The notes under the pieces were generated by a model. The model had not been told where the DNA came from. It saw only the letters and a list, made by a program, of their open reading frames with translations, and did no database searches. A stretch of DNA of 64,000 bases. It comes from Candidatus Omnitrophota bacterium (GTDB lineage: Bacteria > Omnitrophota > Omnitrophia > Omnitrophales > JACROU01). The translations under genes and the position numbers were made by a program. The stretch is from NCBI GenBank assembly GCA_016214265.1, contig JACROU010000024.1, positions 5,223 through 69,222 on the forward strand. Reading direction: 5' to 3'. Positions 1 to 9,100 of this stretch are shown here, piece by piece. Each line of letters opens with the position of its first letter. Position 1 is the first letter of the stretch.

Positions 1-3000
1 TTGAACCGGATGTCCATCCACATAGTCGATCGTGCCATTGACTTGATCAATGACTCTGAGAAGCGACTGAACGATATTCGTTTTTCCGCTCGAATCCGTG
101 ACGGTGCTATATCCATATTCTGCGCCGGCAAGAGTGGTCAGTTGGGTGAGTTTTCCCGAGGCGTCATAAAATCGGACTACGTTTAAATCATTTGTGATTT
201 GAGTTTCATTTCCCGAATAGGCGTATTTGAATGTGCCCAGAAGATTTCCGGCGCGCGTCACGCTCGTCTGGATAAGACGGCCAAGTGCGTCATAACTCAT
301 ATCCATTTGCGTGAGCACACCATTTTCTGTGGATTCAATCTGAACCACCTTGTCATTTTGAACAATCGAGCGGCTCCCGCTTGCACTCGTAAATTCAGCA
401 AGATGCGCCACGGACACAGGATTGTTGTTGGCATCCAGCTCTTCGGCGATTCTATATTGGCGGCCATCGGTCATCGTGAGCCAAAACGGTTTATCCTGAC
501 TGACTTTGAGAAGAGTTCCATCGGCATACTTCACCTGCGTGAGAGCCTGATTCACGAAAGTAAGCTCTTTTACATCCGGCGTGATAATCAGAGCATCTTT
601 GAGATTGCCGTTGGCATCATGTGTGAAATTCTTGATGACGGTTCCATCCGGCTTTGTGATTTGGATGACTTGATCATTTGAAATGCCGAATACGGTTCCG
701 TCATGATCCACAAGTTCTTTTAACTTCCCGTCAGAACCATAAGTCCGCTTGAGGCCGTCACGGGACACGATGAGCCCTTGGAGGAATCCGAGAGGGTCGT
801 TGGCGAGTGCATATTGAGTTTCGTTTCCGCTTGCATCCAGCACACGATTGATCAGTCCAGACTCATCAAAGAAAAATTGGGTGCCGTCGCCCCGAGTCCA
901 CTTTTTGATTGTGTTGGAAGTTGTGTACTGAACTATTTGAGGAAGCGGGCTTGCGGGATCCAGCGTCACGCCTCCGCTGATTCGGGCTTCGTATCCATCC
1001 GGGGTTTGCGTGATTTGATAAAGGAAGTCCGTTCCCTGATACGCGATTTTTGAAAGCTTGCTTTGCGTGAAGAAAAATTCTGTGCCGTCTGATTTCCTAA
1101 AATCTTCAATTTCTCCTTGTGCATTTAAGGTGACCCGGTTGTCTCCCTCAAAAATATGCGTTCTCAATAAATTGCCGGAGACACCAAACGCATAGGTGTA
1201 ATAAACCACGCTTCCATTCGCGAGCACTTCGGCCTGGGCTCGTCCATCACTGTTATAGAAAATACGAGTTCCTTCAGGACGAAGTTCTTCGACAATTTTT
1301 CCTGCCTCAAGCCGGTACAAAACTTTACTTGCCGTTTCAATCCATCCGCCTTGAAGCACACCGCTTGCATCCAGGCTGGGATCAATCAAACCGGCCTCAG
1401 TCCCATTCAGATTAAACGTGATATTGGTCTTGCGCTCCGGCAGCGCCGGCTGAGCAAGGGCATTCAAGATCACGAGATAATAGGCCGCCACATGACCACC
1501 CCCGCTGGTCGGCACATCGACCTGAAGCAGATTGCCGCCGGAAGTCAGCGTGACGGATTTTGTCATGGGTGTCCCGTCACTGGTATAGGCGAGCGTATAA
1601 CTCGGATTATTCGTCAGTGTTGGGGAGTTGAAAACCACTTCCGGCAATTTCGTTTCGAGCATCACGTTGAAATCGAGTTTTGTTTCATTTCCTGCGGGAT
1701 CTTGTTCTGCAATCGAAAGTGTGTTCACACCTTCCGTCAGTGTCACACTTTTTGTCTTTTGCACTCCATCGACTGTGTAGACAAGCGAGTAATCCGGCTG
1801 ATTCACTGAGACAGCCGATGTCACCACCACCTGTGGGGCAATCGTATCGAGTGTCACATCGAAATTTAATTTCGTTTCGTTTCCTGCCGGATCTTGTTCT
1901 GTAATCTGGAGGGTGTTCAGTCCTTCGACTAATGTCACAGGTTTTGTTTTTTGAACACCATCAACGGTATAAGTCACAGTGTAGTCGGGTTTGTTGGTCA
2001 GCGAAGCCGAAGTCGCGGCGACAACCGGACCAACCGTATCCAGCGTCACGTCAAAATTAAGATTCGTTTGGTTTCCAACCAAATCTTGTTCGGCGATCTG
2101 GAGCGTGTTTAATCCCTCAACCAATGTCACGGGTTTTGTTTTTTGAACGCCATCGACGGTGTACGAAAGCGTGTAATCGGGTTTATTCACAAGATTCGTG
2201 GAAGTGACAGTGATAGCCGGAGCAACAGAATCCAGTGTTACATTAAAATTAAGTTTCGTTTGATTACCGGCAGCATCCTGCTCCGAAATCTGAAGCGTAT
2301 TCCCTCCTTCGGTAAGTGTCGCTGTTTGCGTTTTCTGTACACCATCCACGGTGTAGGAAAGTGTGTAGTCGGGTTTGTTAGTGAGTACGGCCGAAATCAC
2401 GGCGACAACCGGGGCAATCGTATCCAGCGTCACATCAAAACTGAGTTTCGTTTCGTTTCCAGCTAAATCTTGTTCGGCGATCTGAAGTGTGTTGAGCCCT
2501 TCAGTCAATGTCACAGGTTTTGTTTTTTGCACTCCATCGACGGTGTACGAAAGCGTGTAATCAGATTTATTGGTTAACGCGACTGAAGTCGCAGCAACTA
2601 CCGGGCCAATCGAGTCCAGCGTCACGTCAAAATTCAGATTGGTTTGATTAGCCGCTGCATCCTGTTCCGTAATTTGGAGGGTATTTACACCTTCGATCAG
2701 CGTCACGGGTTTTGTTTTCCGAACTCCGTCCACAGTGTAAGTCAGTGTGTAATCGAGTTTATTTGTCAACGCGACTGAAGTCGCTGCGACAACCGGAGCA
2801 ATTGAATCAAGTGTTACATCAAAATTTAAATTCGTTTGATTACCCGCCAAGTCCTGTTCGGTAATCTGAAGCGTGTTCAGTCCTTCGACCAATGTCATGG
2901 GCTGTGACTTCTGTACACCATCCACCGTGTAGGCAAGTGTGTAATCGGGTTTATTCACAAGATTCGTGGAAGTGACCGCAACAACTGGCGCAACCGAGTC

Positions 3001-5937
3001 CAGCGTCACATCAAAATTCAGATTGGTTTGATTACCAGCCGGATCCGACTCGGTAATCTGAAGCGTATTCCCTCCTTCGGTAAGTGTCGCTGTTTGCGTT
3101 TTCTGTACACCATCCACCGTGTAGAAAAGTGTGTAGTCGGGTTTGTTCGTGAGTACGGCCGAAGTCACGGCGACAACCGGGGCAATCGTATCCAGCGTCA
3201 CATCAAAACTGAGTTTCGTTTGGTTTCCAGCTAAGTCTTGTTCGGCAATCTGAAGTGTGTTCAGTCCTTCAGTCAATGTCACGGGTTTCGTCTTTTGAAT
3301 ACCATCCACGGTATAAATCAGTGTGTAATCAGGTTTGTTCACAAGACCCGCAGAGGTAACCGAGACAGCGGGAGCAATTGAATCAAGTGTTACATCGAAA
3401 CTTAAATTCGTTTGATTACCCGCCAAGTCCTGTTCGGTAATCTGAAGCGTGTTCAGTCCTTCGACCAATGTTATGGGCTGTGACTTCTGTACACCATCCA
3501 CGGTGTAGGAAAGTGTGTAGTCGGGTTTGTTCGTGAGTACGGCCGAAGTCACGGCGACAACCGGGGCAATCGTATCCAGCGTCACATCAAAACTGAGTTT
3601 CGTTTGGTTTCCAGCTAAGTCTTGTTCGGCGATCTGAAGCGCGTTCAGTCCTTCGACTAGCGTCACTGCTTTTGTTTTTTGAACGCCGTCCACAGTGTAA
3701 GTCAATGTGTAATCGAGTTTATTTGTCAAAGCGACTGAAGTCGCAGCAACTACCGGAGCAATTGAATCAAGTGTTACATCAAAATTTAAATTCGTTTGAT
3801 TACCCGCCAAATCCTGTTCGGTAATCTGCAATGTGTTCAATCCTTCAACGAGTGTAACGGGACGCGTTTTCTGTGCACCATCAACGGTGTACGTCAGTGT
3901 GTAATCAGATTTATTGGTTAACGCGACTGAAGTCGCTGCGACAACCGGGCCAATCGAGTCCAGCGTCACATTGAAATTCTGGTTCGTCACGTTACCCGCA
4001 GCGTCTTGTTCGGTGATGGTGAGCGTGTTCAGTCCTTCCACGAGTGTCGTTGTTTGCGTTTTCGCTACGCCATCGACAGTGTAGGTCAGCATATATTCAG
4101 GCTTGCTCGTCAATGCGCTTGAAGTCACCAGGATCAGCGGTGCGCTATCCCAATACACCACATCCTGAAACACCGAAATATTCCCCCACCGGTCGGCGAA
4201 TGATCGAAGAATCGGGTTCGCGCCTTCTTTCAACTGAATCTGCTCTGTGTACGCCTCACCGTCAATATCCAGAACAAGTTCATAATTCGACTGATTCACA
4301 AGGCCCTTCGACAAGCGCGTCACCACCGGTGCGGTTGTGTCTTGCTCCACAAGTCCGAACTTCACGTCCAGATTCGTGTTCGTCGAATACCACCACGGCG
4401 AGTTATTCCTCACATCGATCTCGAAAAAGCGGATGTTCTTAATATCCAGCGACCACGTGTAATCCGCCAAATCCAGCATGAAGAATTTCTCCTCATTCTG
4501 CGTGATCCCCTGAAGCGTGACCGATTTGCGCTGGCCGTACCAGTCGGTGATCACCAGTGACGCTTCTGTGACATTACCTTTTAGCGCAAGCCCCATCCGT
4601 GAATTCTTCGAAAAATCAAAGTTTTGATAGTTAGAGTTTTCAATTCTTGCCGCAAGCGGATTCGGCTGATAATAATAGTAATAGTTATTCCAGCCTCCCC
4701 ACCAATAATTGTTCCATCCCCAATAATTTTGCGACGATGATGACAACTGAAATTGCGTGTAATCCGGCGTTTGTGTGGAATTTACGTATGACCCGTAATT
4801 TGTCGTCACCCACGCGGGCTGGCCATTCGTGGTAAGCGGCATGAGGCCCGACAAGCCGAAACCGTTCTGGCCCTGAATCACATTCGGCTCATAACTTCTC
4901 ATGTACTGATTTTGAAAATAATTCTGATAATAATAATTGCCGTAATAATTTTGATAATACCCATACCCCCATGAATTCCAATATCCGGAATAATAGTTAT
5001 ACGGATAACCCCAATAGGCATATCCGCCGTGGCGCGGTGAGTAGGGATAATAACCGTTATAGGCGTTTGCCGGCGGCTGGGTACGCACAAACAAATATCC
5101 CTGCTGCTGGCCGTAGCCGTTGTAGGGATTGTAGTAGTTGTAAAAATTGTAAAAATTATTCTGATTCTGAAGCGCCGTCAGTTTTATCTGCCGAATTTGA
5201 TCCAGATCGAGATAACCCGAAAGATTCGTCAGATCAATATCATAAATCCGCTCTGAGCCGTATGAATTGGTCTGTAGCAGGTCCAAACTTACTTTGTTGC
5301 CAAACGCGTCTTCCATCTCAAAAAGAATTTTTTCCGAGTTACTGTCAATCGCGAACCGGAGATGATTCAATTTGGAAAAATCCGCCGACTCCACGAGCGA
5401 CGTCGATTCTTTATCGTAACTGAAAATAACGCCCGGCGCGGTGCCGGGATTTCTCAGGTCATAATCGACTTCAACACCTTCTCTGGAATTACTGACCATT
5501 GATGAGTGCAAACTTTTAATACTGGCCCCTGCTGGCAATCCGGTTAAATCATTTTGAGTGAGATTCCAGCTGGAGCTGACTGGCTGAGCCTGTGTCGCCG
5601 TATTCGCGGTAACGGGCTGAAGGGTTGAGCTCTGCGTCATAAAAGACGTGGTGCTCGACTGACTGGCGTTTTGCGTTAAAGTATTTTGATAAACCGAAGT
5701 ATTTTGAGTTTGAGGCTGACTGGAATTAGCTTGGACGACTGGCTGACTTGGCGTTTGTGTCTGCTGAGCCACTGGGGTGGCTTGCGCAAATGCACATTGC
5801 TGGGCAAGAAATGAGATTAGCGTGAACGCGGCGACTGCGCGGAATAAATCTTTTTTAAACTTTTTCGTTCCTCGTCTCTCACCTCCTGGGTAGGTGGACT
5901 TTGAGGTTCGATCAAATTTTTTTTTGCTTGAGAACAA
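1..5937 (-). CDS. Giant secreted/surface protein that is 5'-complete and 3'-truncated by the window edge (>1950 aa). It has a signal peptide, a Gln/Thr-rich linker, a Tyr/Asn/Gly/Trp-rich low-complexity region, at least 13 tandem 64-aa Ig-like repeats, and then YD/RHS-type repeats that run off the window.
   Basis: Hand translation of the minus strand in one frame (codon top coordinate = 0 mod 3) is stop-free at every stretch checked: 5937..5341, 4980..4921, 3660..3421 and 1440..1021. That frame gives ...TKKFKKDLFRAVAAFTLISFLAQQCAFA (signal peptide), then a Gln/Thr/Pro-rich linker, then WNSWGYGYYQNYYGNYYYQN, then repeats VTLDSIAPVVA..KPDYTL.YTVDGVQK...TL.EGLNTLQI.EQDLAGNQT, then YD-like ...YGSDGKLKELVDHDGTVFGISND.... 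The gene is absent from the ORF track because it has no stop codon inside the window. The start is ambiguous: in-frame TTG at 5937 (GGGGAG 7 nt upstream) or TTG at 5961. A strong AGGAGGTGA Shine-Dalgarno sits 10 nt before an in-frame ACG at 5868 that is followed by a canonical KKFKK-hydrophobic-AFA signal peptide. No in-frame ATG occurs until 5640. Confidence 0.72.
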   Translation of the reverse strand, partial: MFSSKKKFDRTSKSTYPGGERRGTKKFKKDLFRAVAAFTLISFLAQQCAFAQATPVAQQTQTPSQPVVQANSSQPQTQNTSVYQNTLTQNASQSSTTSFMTQSSTLQPVTANTATQAQPVSSSWNLTQNDLTGLPAGASIKSLHSSMVSNSREGVEVDYDLRNPGTAPGVIFSYDKESTSLVESADFSKLNHLRFAIDSNSEKILFEMEDAFGNKVSLDLLQTNSYGSERIYDIDLTNLSGYLDLDQIRQIKLTALQNQNNFYNFYNYYNPYNGYGQQQGYLFVRTQPPANAYNGYYPYSPRHGGYAYWGYPYNYYSGYWNSWGYGYYQNYYGNYYYQNYFQNQYMRSYEPNVIQGQNGFGLSGLMPLTTNGQPAWVTTNYGSYVNSTQTPDYTQFQLSSSSQNYWGWNNYWWGGWNNYYYYYQPNPLAARIENSNYQNFDFSKNSRMGLALKGNVTEASLVITDWYGQRKSVTLQGITQNEEKFFMLDLADYTWSLDIKNIRFFEIDVRNNSPWWYSTNTNLDVKFGLVEQDTTAPVVTRLSKGLVNQSNYELVLDIDGEAYTEQIQLKEGANPILRSFADRWGNISVFQDVVYWDSAPLILVTSSALTSKPEYMLTYTVDGVAKTQTTTLVEGLNTLTITEQDAAGNVTNQNFNVTLDSIGPVVAATSVALTNKSDYTLTYTVDGAQKTRPVTLVEGLNTLQITEQDLAGNQTNLNFDVTLDSIAPVVAATSVALTNKLDYTLTYTVDGVQKTKAVTLVEGLNALQIAEQDLAGNQTKLSFDVTLDTIAPVVAVTSAVLTNKPDYTLSYTVDGVQKSQPITLVEGLNTLQITEQDLAGNQTNLSFDVTLDSIAPAVSVTSAGLVNKPDYTLIYTVDGIQKTKPVTLTEGLNTLQIAEQDLAGNQTKLSFDVTLDTIAPVVAVTSAVLTNKPDYTLFYTVDGVQKTQTATLTEGGNTLQITESDPAGNQTNLNFDVTLDSVAPVVAVTSTNLVNKPDYTLAYTVDGVQKSQPMTLVEGLNTLQITEQDLAGNQTNLNFDVTLDSIAPVVAATSVALTNKLDYTLTYTVDGVRKTKPVTLIEGVNTLQITEQDAAANQTNLNFDVTLDSIGPVVAATSVALTNKSDYTLSYTVDGVQKTKPVTLTEGLNTLQIAEQDLAGNETKLSFDVTLDTIAPVVAVISAVLTNKPDYTLSYTVDGVQKTQTATLTEGGNTLQISEQDAAGNQTKLNFNVTLDSVAPAITVTSTNLVNKPDYTLSYTVDGVQKTKPVTLVEGLNTLQIAEQDLVGNQTNLNFDVTLDTVGPVVAATSASLTNKPDYTVTYTVDGVQKTKPVTLVEGLNTLQITEQDPAGNETKLNFDVTLDTIAPQVVVTSAVSVNQPDYSLVYTVDGVQKTKSVTLTEGVNTLSIAEQDPAGNETKLDFNVMLETKLPEVVFNSPTLTNNPSYTLAYTSDGTPMTKSVTLTSGGNLLQVDVPTSGGGHVAAYYLVILNALAQPALPERKTNITFNLNGTEAGLIDPSLDASGVLQGGWIETASKVLYRLEAGKIVEELRPEGTRIFYNSDGRAQAEVLANGSVVYYTYAFGVSGNLLRTHIFEGDNRVTLNAQGEIEDFRKSDGTEFFFTQSKLSKIAYQGTDFLYQITQTPDGYEARISGGVTLDPASPLPQIVQYTTSNTIKKWTRGDGTQFFFDESGLINRVLDASGNETQYALANDPLGFLQGLIVSRDGLKRTYGSDGKLKELVDHDGTVFGISNDQVIQITKPDGTVIKNFTHDANGNLKDALIITPDVKELTFVNQALTQVKYADGTLLKVSQDKPFWLTMTDGRQYRIAEELDANNNPVSVAHLAEFTSASGSRSIVQNDKVVQIESTENGVLTQMDMSYDALGRLIQTSVTRAGNLLGTFKYAYSGNETQITNDLNVVRFYDASGKLTQLTTLAGAEYGYSTVTDSSGKTNIVQSLLRVIDQVNGTIDYVDGHPVQ
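1600..4140 (-). repeat. Intragenic tandem array of about 13 copies of a 192-bp unit, each encoding a 64-aa Ig-like / 'VDTIAP'-type domain, inside gene A.
   Basis: The 8-mer tccagcgt recurs at 2423, 3191 and 3575, with spacings of 768 and 384 bp (4x192 and 2x192). Near-identical antisense ORFs at 2143..2466 and 3028..3234 in the track confirm the DNA-level repetition. The translated units are in-frame and begin with D-V-T-L-D-(S/T)-I-A-P-V-V. Confidence 0.85.
4650..5160 (-). other. Tyr/Asn/Gly/Trp-rich low-complexity segment of gene A (about 170 aa, aromatic-rich and prion-like).
   Basis: Minus-strand translation of 4980..4921 gives WNSWGYGYYQNYYGNYYYQN. The surrounding DNA is dominated by tat/tac/aat/aac/ggn/tgg codons (the plus strand shows ata/att/gta/cca runs). 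Confidence 0.7.
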
Positions 5938-6068
5938 TTCATTGCTCCCCGAATGCCCCAATCCTTTGGGTGACTAAGATCCATCTTCAGTTTTCTGTTT
6001 ATCCGTGTTTTTCCACTTGAAATTCCCAGGAATACAATTTCAAAGGAAGAATCAACATGTTGGTGCAA

Positions 6069-6097
6069 ACCTTACCTGCTCACAAAATCGATGTCAA
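6069..6097 (-). promoter_or_regulatory. Candidate promoter for gene A (TTGACA-N17-TAAGGT).
   Basis: On the minus strand, TTGACA is the complement of 6092..6097 and TAAGGT the complement of 6069..6074. It lies in the 240-bp gap between the gene B stop (6176) and the gene A start. Confidence 0.3.
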
Positions 6098-6175
6098 GCG
6101 ATTAGTCGAAAATAGTTGAAAATTCTCAGAAAAATCGTTTATTTTTCATTAAATACTTTTAACAAGCTTGAATTA

Positions 6176-9100
6176 CTAAGCAGCGGTTTCAAGAATCCGG
6201 GTTTTCTGCCAGAGACGAATTTGTTCCTCAAGAATGGAAGGCAAAAGTTCGTAGGTAGAGCTGTTTATATCCATGTGGCGGAAAAGATAATTCCAGTCGC
6301 TCTTGTTACCAAAGGCATCGAAAACAGTTCTCAAAAGAGCCGACCGATAAGCTTCTTTCTTCAGCCCATTTTTTTGATGGACAACACGGAAAGCGCTCTC
6401 CGGCCAGCTTTCATTAAATTGATGATTGAGGAAAACAACCTGGTCCGGTCGTAATTCTGTCACATTTCCATCGGGAAACATTGCATCAACGATTCTCGTT
6501 TGAATTCGTGAAAGAAGAGCTTTTAGATCGAGCCGGGTTGTCCTTTCTAAATTACCCCACTTGACAAGATACACGTGCCTGTCTTTCAAAAGTGAGCCGA
6601 ATTCATCCTCCACTTTTCTAGCTATTTCCTCGTCTGGGACAAGAAAAATCACACCCTGTGTCCGGTAATCACTGCGAAAATCCCGTTGCTTATCCAACAG
6701 TTGCTCCAAAACATCTGCATCGAATTTCATAACAAGCGGCGTAAAACGAGGCGATTGAATCACTGAAGGTCCAAGGTTTCGCCTGTTCTCCCCAAGACTT
6801 TTTCCGGAAGATGCCGGTTCGGGGGCGGTAAAGACAATGCGGTATTCATATACGCCATATGGATTTTTATAATAATCCTTCGTGTAACGCAATTCGCCTA
6901 AAATTTTGTCGGAGTCAATTGGCGGTTCCCAAGCTCCACTATCTTCCCGCTTCTGTAAATAGAATGCCAATCCGCCGCCTCGATCTGATAACACCAACGG
7001 TTGTTCTATTGTGATAATGTCATGATTTTTACTTTTTGCTTCTAACGCAGTCTCCAACGCCCAAAGGATACGTATGAAAAAGGCATGAGAGGTGTCGGCG
7101 GGCGTAGAAAAATCAGGCACGCTTTTGTAAATTTCGGACAAACGTGTTTTTAAAATCTCATAATCCTGGAGAAATTCAGCCATTAATCTTCCCTTAAATT
7201 CTTTTTCTTCTCCCACAAGCATTCTGCCAGTCTGATGTTTTGCCAACTTTGGCCAAAGATCGTATAATTCAGTTGATTGTTGTTTTTTGACTAATTCTTG
7301 CTTCTCGATCACTGCTCGCTCCAATTGTAATGGGACAGCATTCATCTCTGTTTGTAAAACCCGCAACTCATTATCGGAAGGTTTTTGATAGTACGCGTGA
7401 CCGGGGAGCTTTTTGGCAATAAAATCCACATTCTTTGCTGTCCCGGAATCCAGATCAGAAATCCGGCTTGCCCTTTCCAGAAATTCAGTAACCGCTTTCG
7501 AAAAATCATTTCTCATTTTATCGGGTATTTTTGCGTCAGAAACGATACCGAGCATAATTTTACTGGCATCCTTGAGCCAAACTTTCTGCCTTTCAACATA
7601 TTCTTGCGGCGTGTCATGAAATTTTCCATGTCTGAGGTGAAACAATTCTGCTTGTATCTTGAGAAACTGGATAAGCAGAGAATCATTGGATGTGTAACAA
7701 GTTAGGGTTTGCATAGCTCCGGTCTCATCCGTAAACATAATAAATTCCGGCTTAAAATTGGCGAACCCTCCCCCATGAATAAGTACGATAAGCCGCCTAT
7801 AGGTGTCAAAATGAGGCGAGATGCTGGGATTGGGGTTAGATGGATCAAATGGTTTTGGTGGCATCGGTGGAGCTGGAAGAGAATAATATTGAGGGTGATC
7901 CTCCACGTACTGCAACGATTTACGGGCTCCGTCAAAATCTCTGGCCCAAATTTGATCAAGAATTTCTCTTTGTGTTTGTCGAATGAAACTCATTCGATCT
8001 TCAACCCTTTTCTTTGAAAGATATGTAGGGATGTTGCTGATAGCTCCAGTAACAAGACAACCAGCGCTAATCAGCGCAAAAAGAAGACAGCCTTTTGAAA
8101 AACGTCTGGAGGGCTTTTTGTCGGTGTCAAGGAGCGCAACAACGGCCTGCGCTTTTTCTGATGACGCTGTTTTTCTGACTTTCTGAGCTGGTGATGGTGA
8201 TTTCGGCTTTCCGGTAACAGCCGCCGCAGTCGTGGCGCTGGCAGTTTTGGCTACAGCGTTTCGTTCCGACGGCTTGTTCAGCTGAAAAAGCACCGTCAAT
8301 TTGAAACGCTGCCCGACCTGGGGGGCAAAAGCACCGTTCACATCCACTTGTTCCGGCAACTTGATCGATTTAAGTCCGTTTTTATCAGCGGGAATTGGCG
8401 GCTGAAATTCCCGGGTCGCTGGATTCTCGCGCTGGACGAAAACAGTCAGCTTTCCCTCCTTTGTGTCAAATTCCAAGTTGTTGAGCTGAATCGGCTCGTT
8501 CTTCCTGCGGCGACTCGAAATTTCAGCAAGAATGCGCTTGAGAATTCTCAGATTATTTGGAACTTTGGGATCTGACGCTGAAAGCTCGAGCTCCCTTTGA
8601 TACGCGAGAATGACCTGCTCATAAATGTTGTCAGGTGTCGGCGGCAAAGTGCCTGATGCGATACCCAAACTTTTTCCGGAAGAAGCCGATTCCAGAGCGG
8701 TAAAAACAATTCGGTATTCATATTCACCCATGGGGCAACATATCCGTCTGACGCGAAATTCATCAAGGATAGATTGGTTGCCAATAGTCGGACACCACGG
8801 CTCATTCCCTTTCCGTTTTTGTAAATAAAAAGCTAACCCACCTCCTGGAGCAGGCAAAAATAGCGGTTGTTCGATACGAATAATTTCACCTCGAGATTTT
8901 TTTTCTTCCAAGATTTGCTGCAAAGTCTCTTTAACTATTGTCATAAAAGCCTTAGGGTGCCCGTTCGCTTGGTTATCTCGTGGCATCCCGTATAAATACT
9001 TCTCCACAATTTCACGTCCGCGAACAAGTTCATTGACAGGTCTGTCGTAATCACGAATCTGATGAGCTAGTACCGCTAACCATAACTCGAACAATCTATC

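Noticed and set aside
2423-3191. Apparent 767-bp (non-multiple-of-3) spacing between repeat landmarks, which would suggest a frameshift or pseudogene.
   Set aside because: This was a counting error. The landmark is at 2423, not 2424. Spacings are 768 and 384 bp, exact multiples of 192, so the frame is preserved.
1600-4140. Regularly spaced, near-identical repeats that might suggest a CRISPR array.
   Set aside because: The period is exactly 192 bp. That is far longer than a CRISPR repeat-plus-spacer of 60 to 75 bp, and a unit that long should have variable spacers, which is not seen. The units are in-frame and translate into an Ig-like domain. No cas genes are present.
1-5937. No long ORF is listed in the supplied six-frame track over the left 5.9 kb, which could be read as a non-coding or pseudogenised repeat region.
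   Set aside because: Hand translation of the minus strand is stop-free in one frame at every segment checked (5937..5341, 4980..4921, 3660..3421, 1440..1021). The track omits ORFs that lack a stop codon inside the window. The gene simply runs off the left edge.
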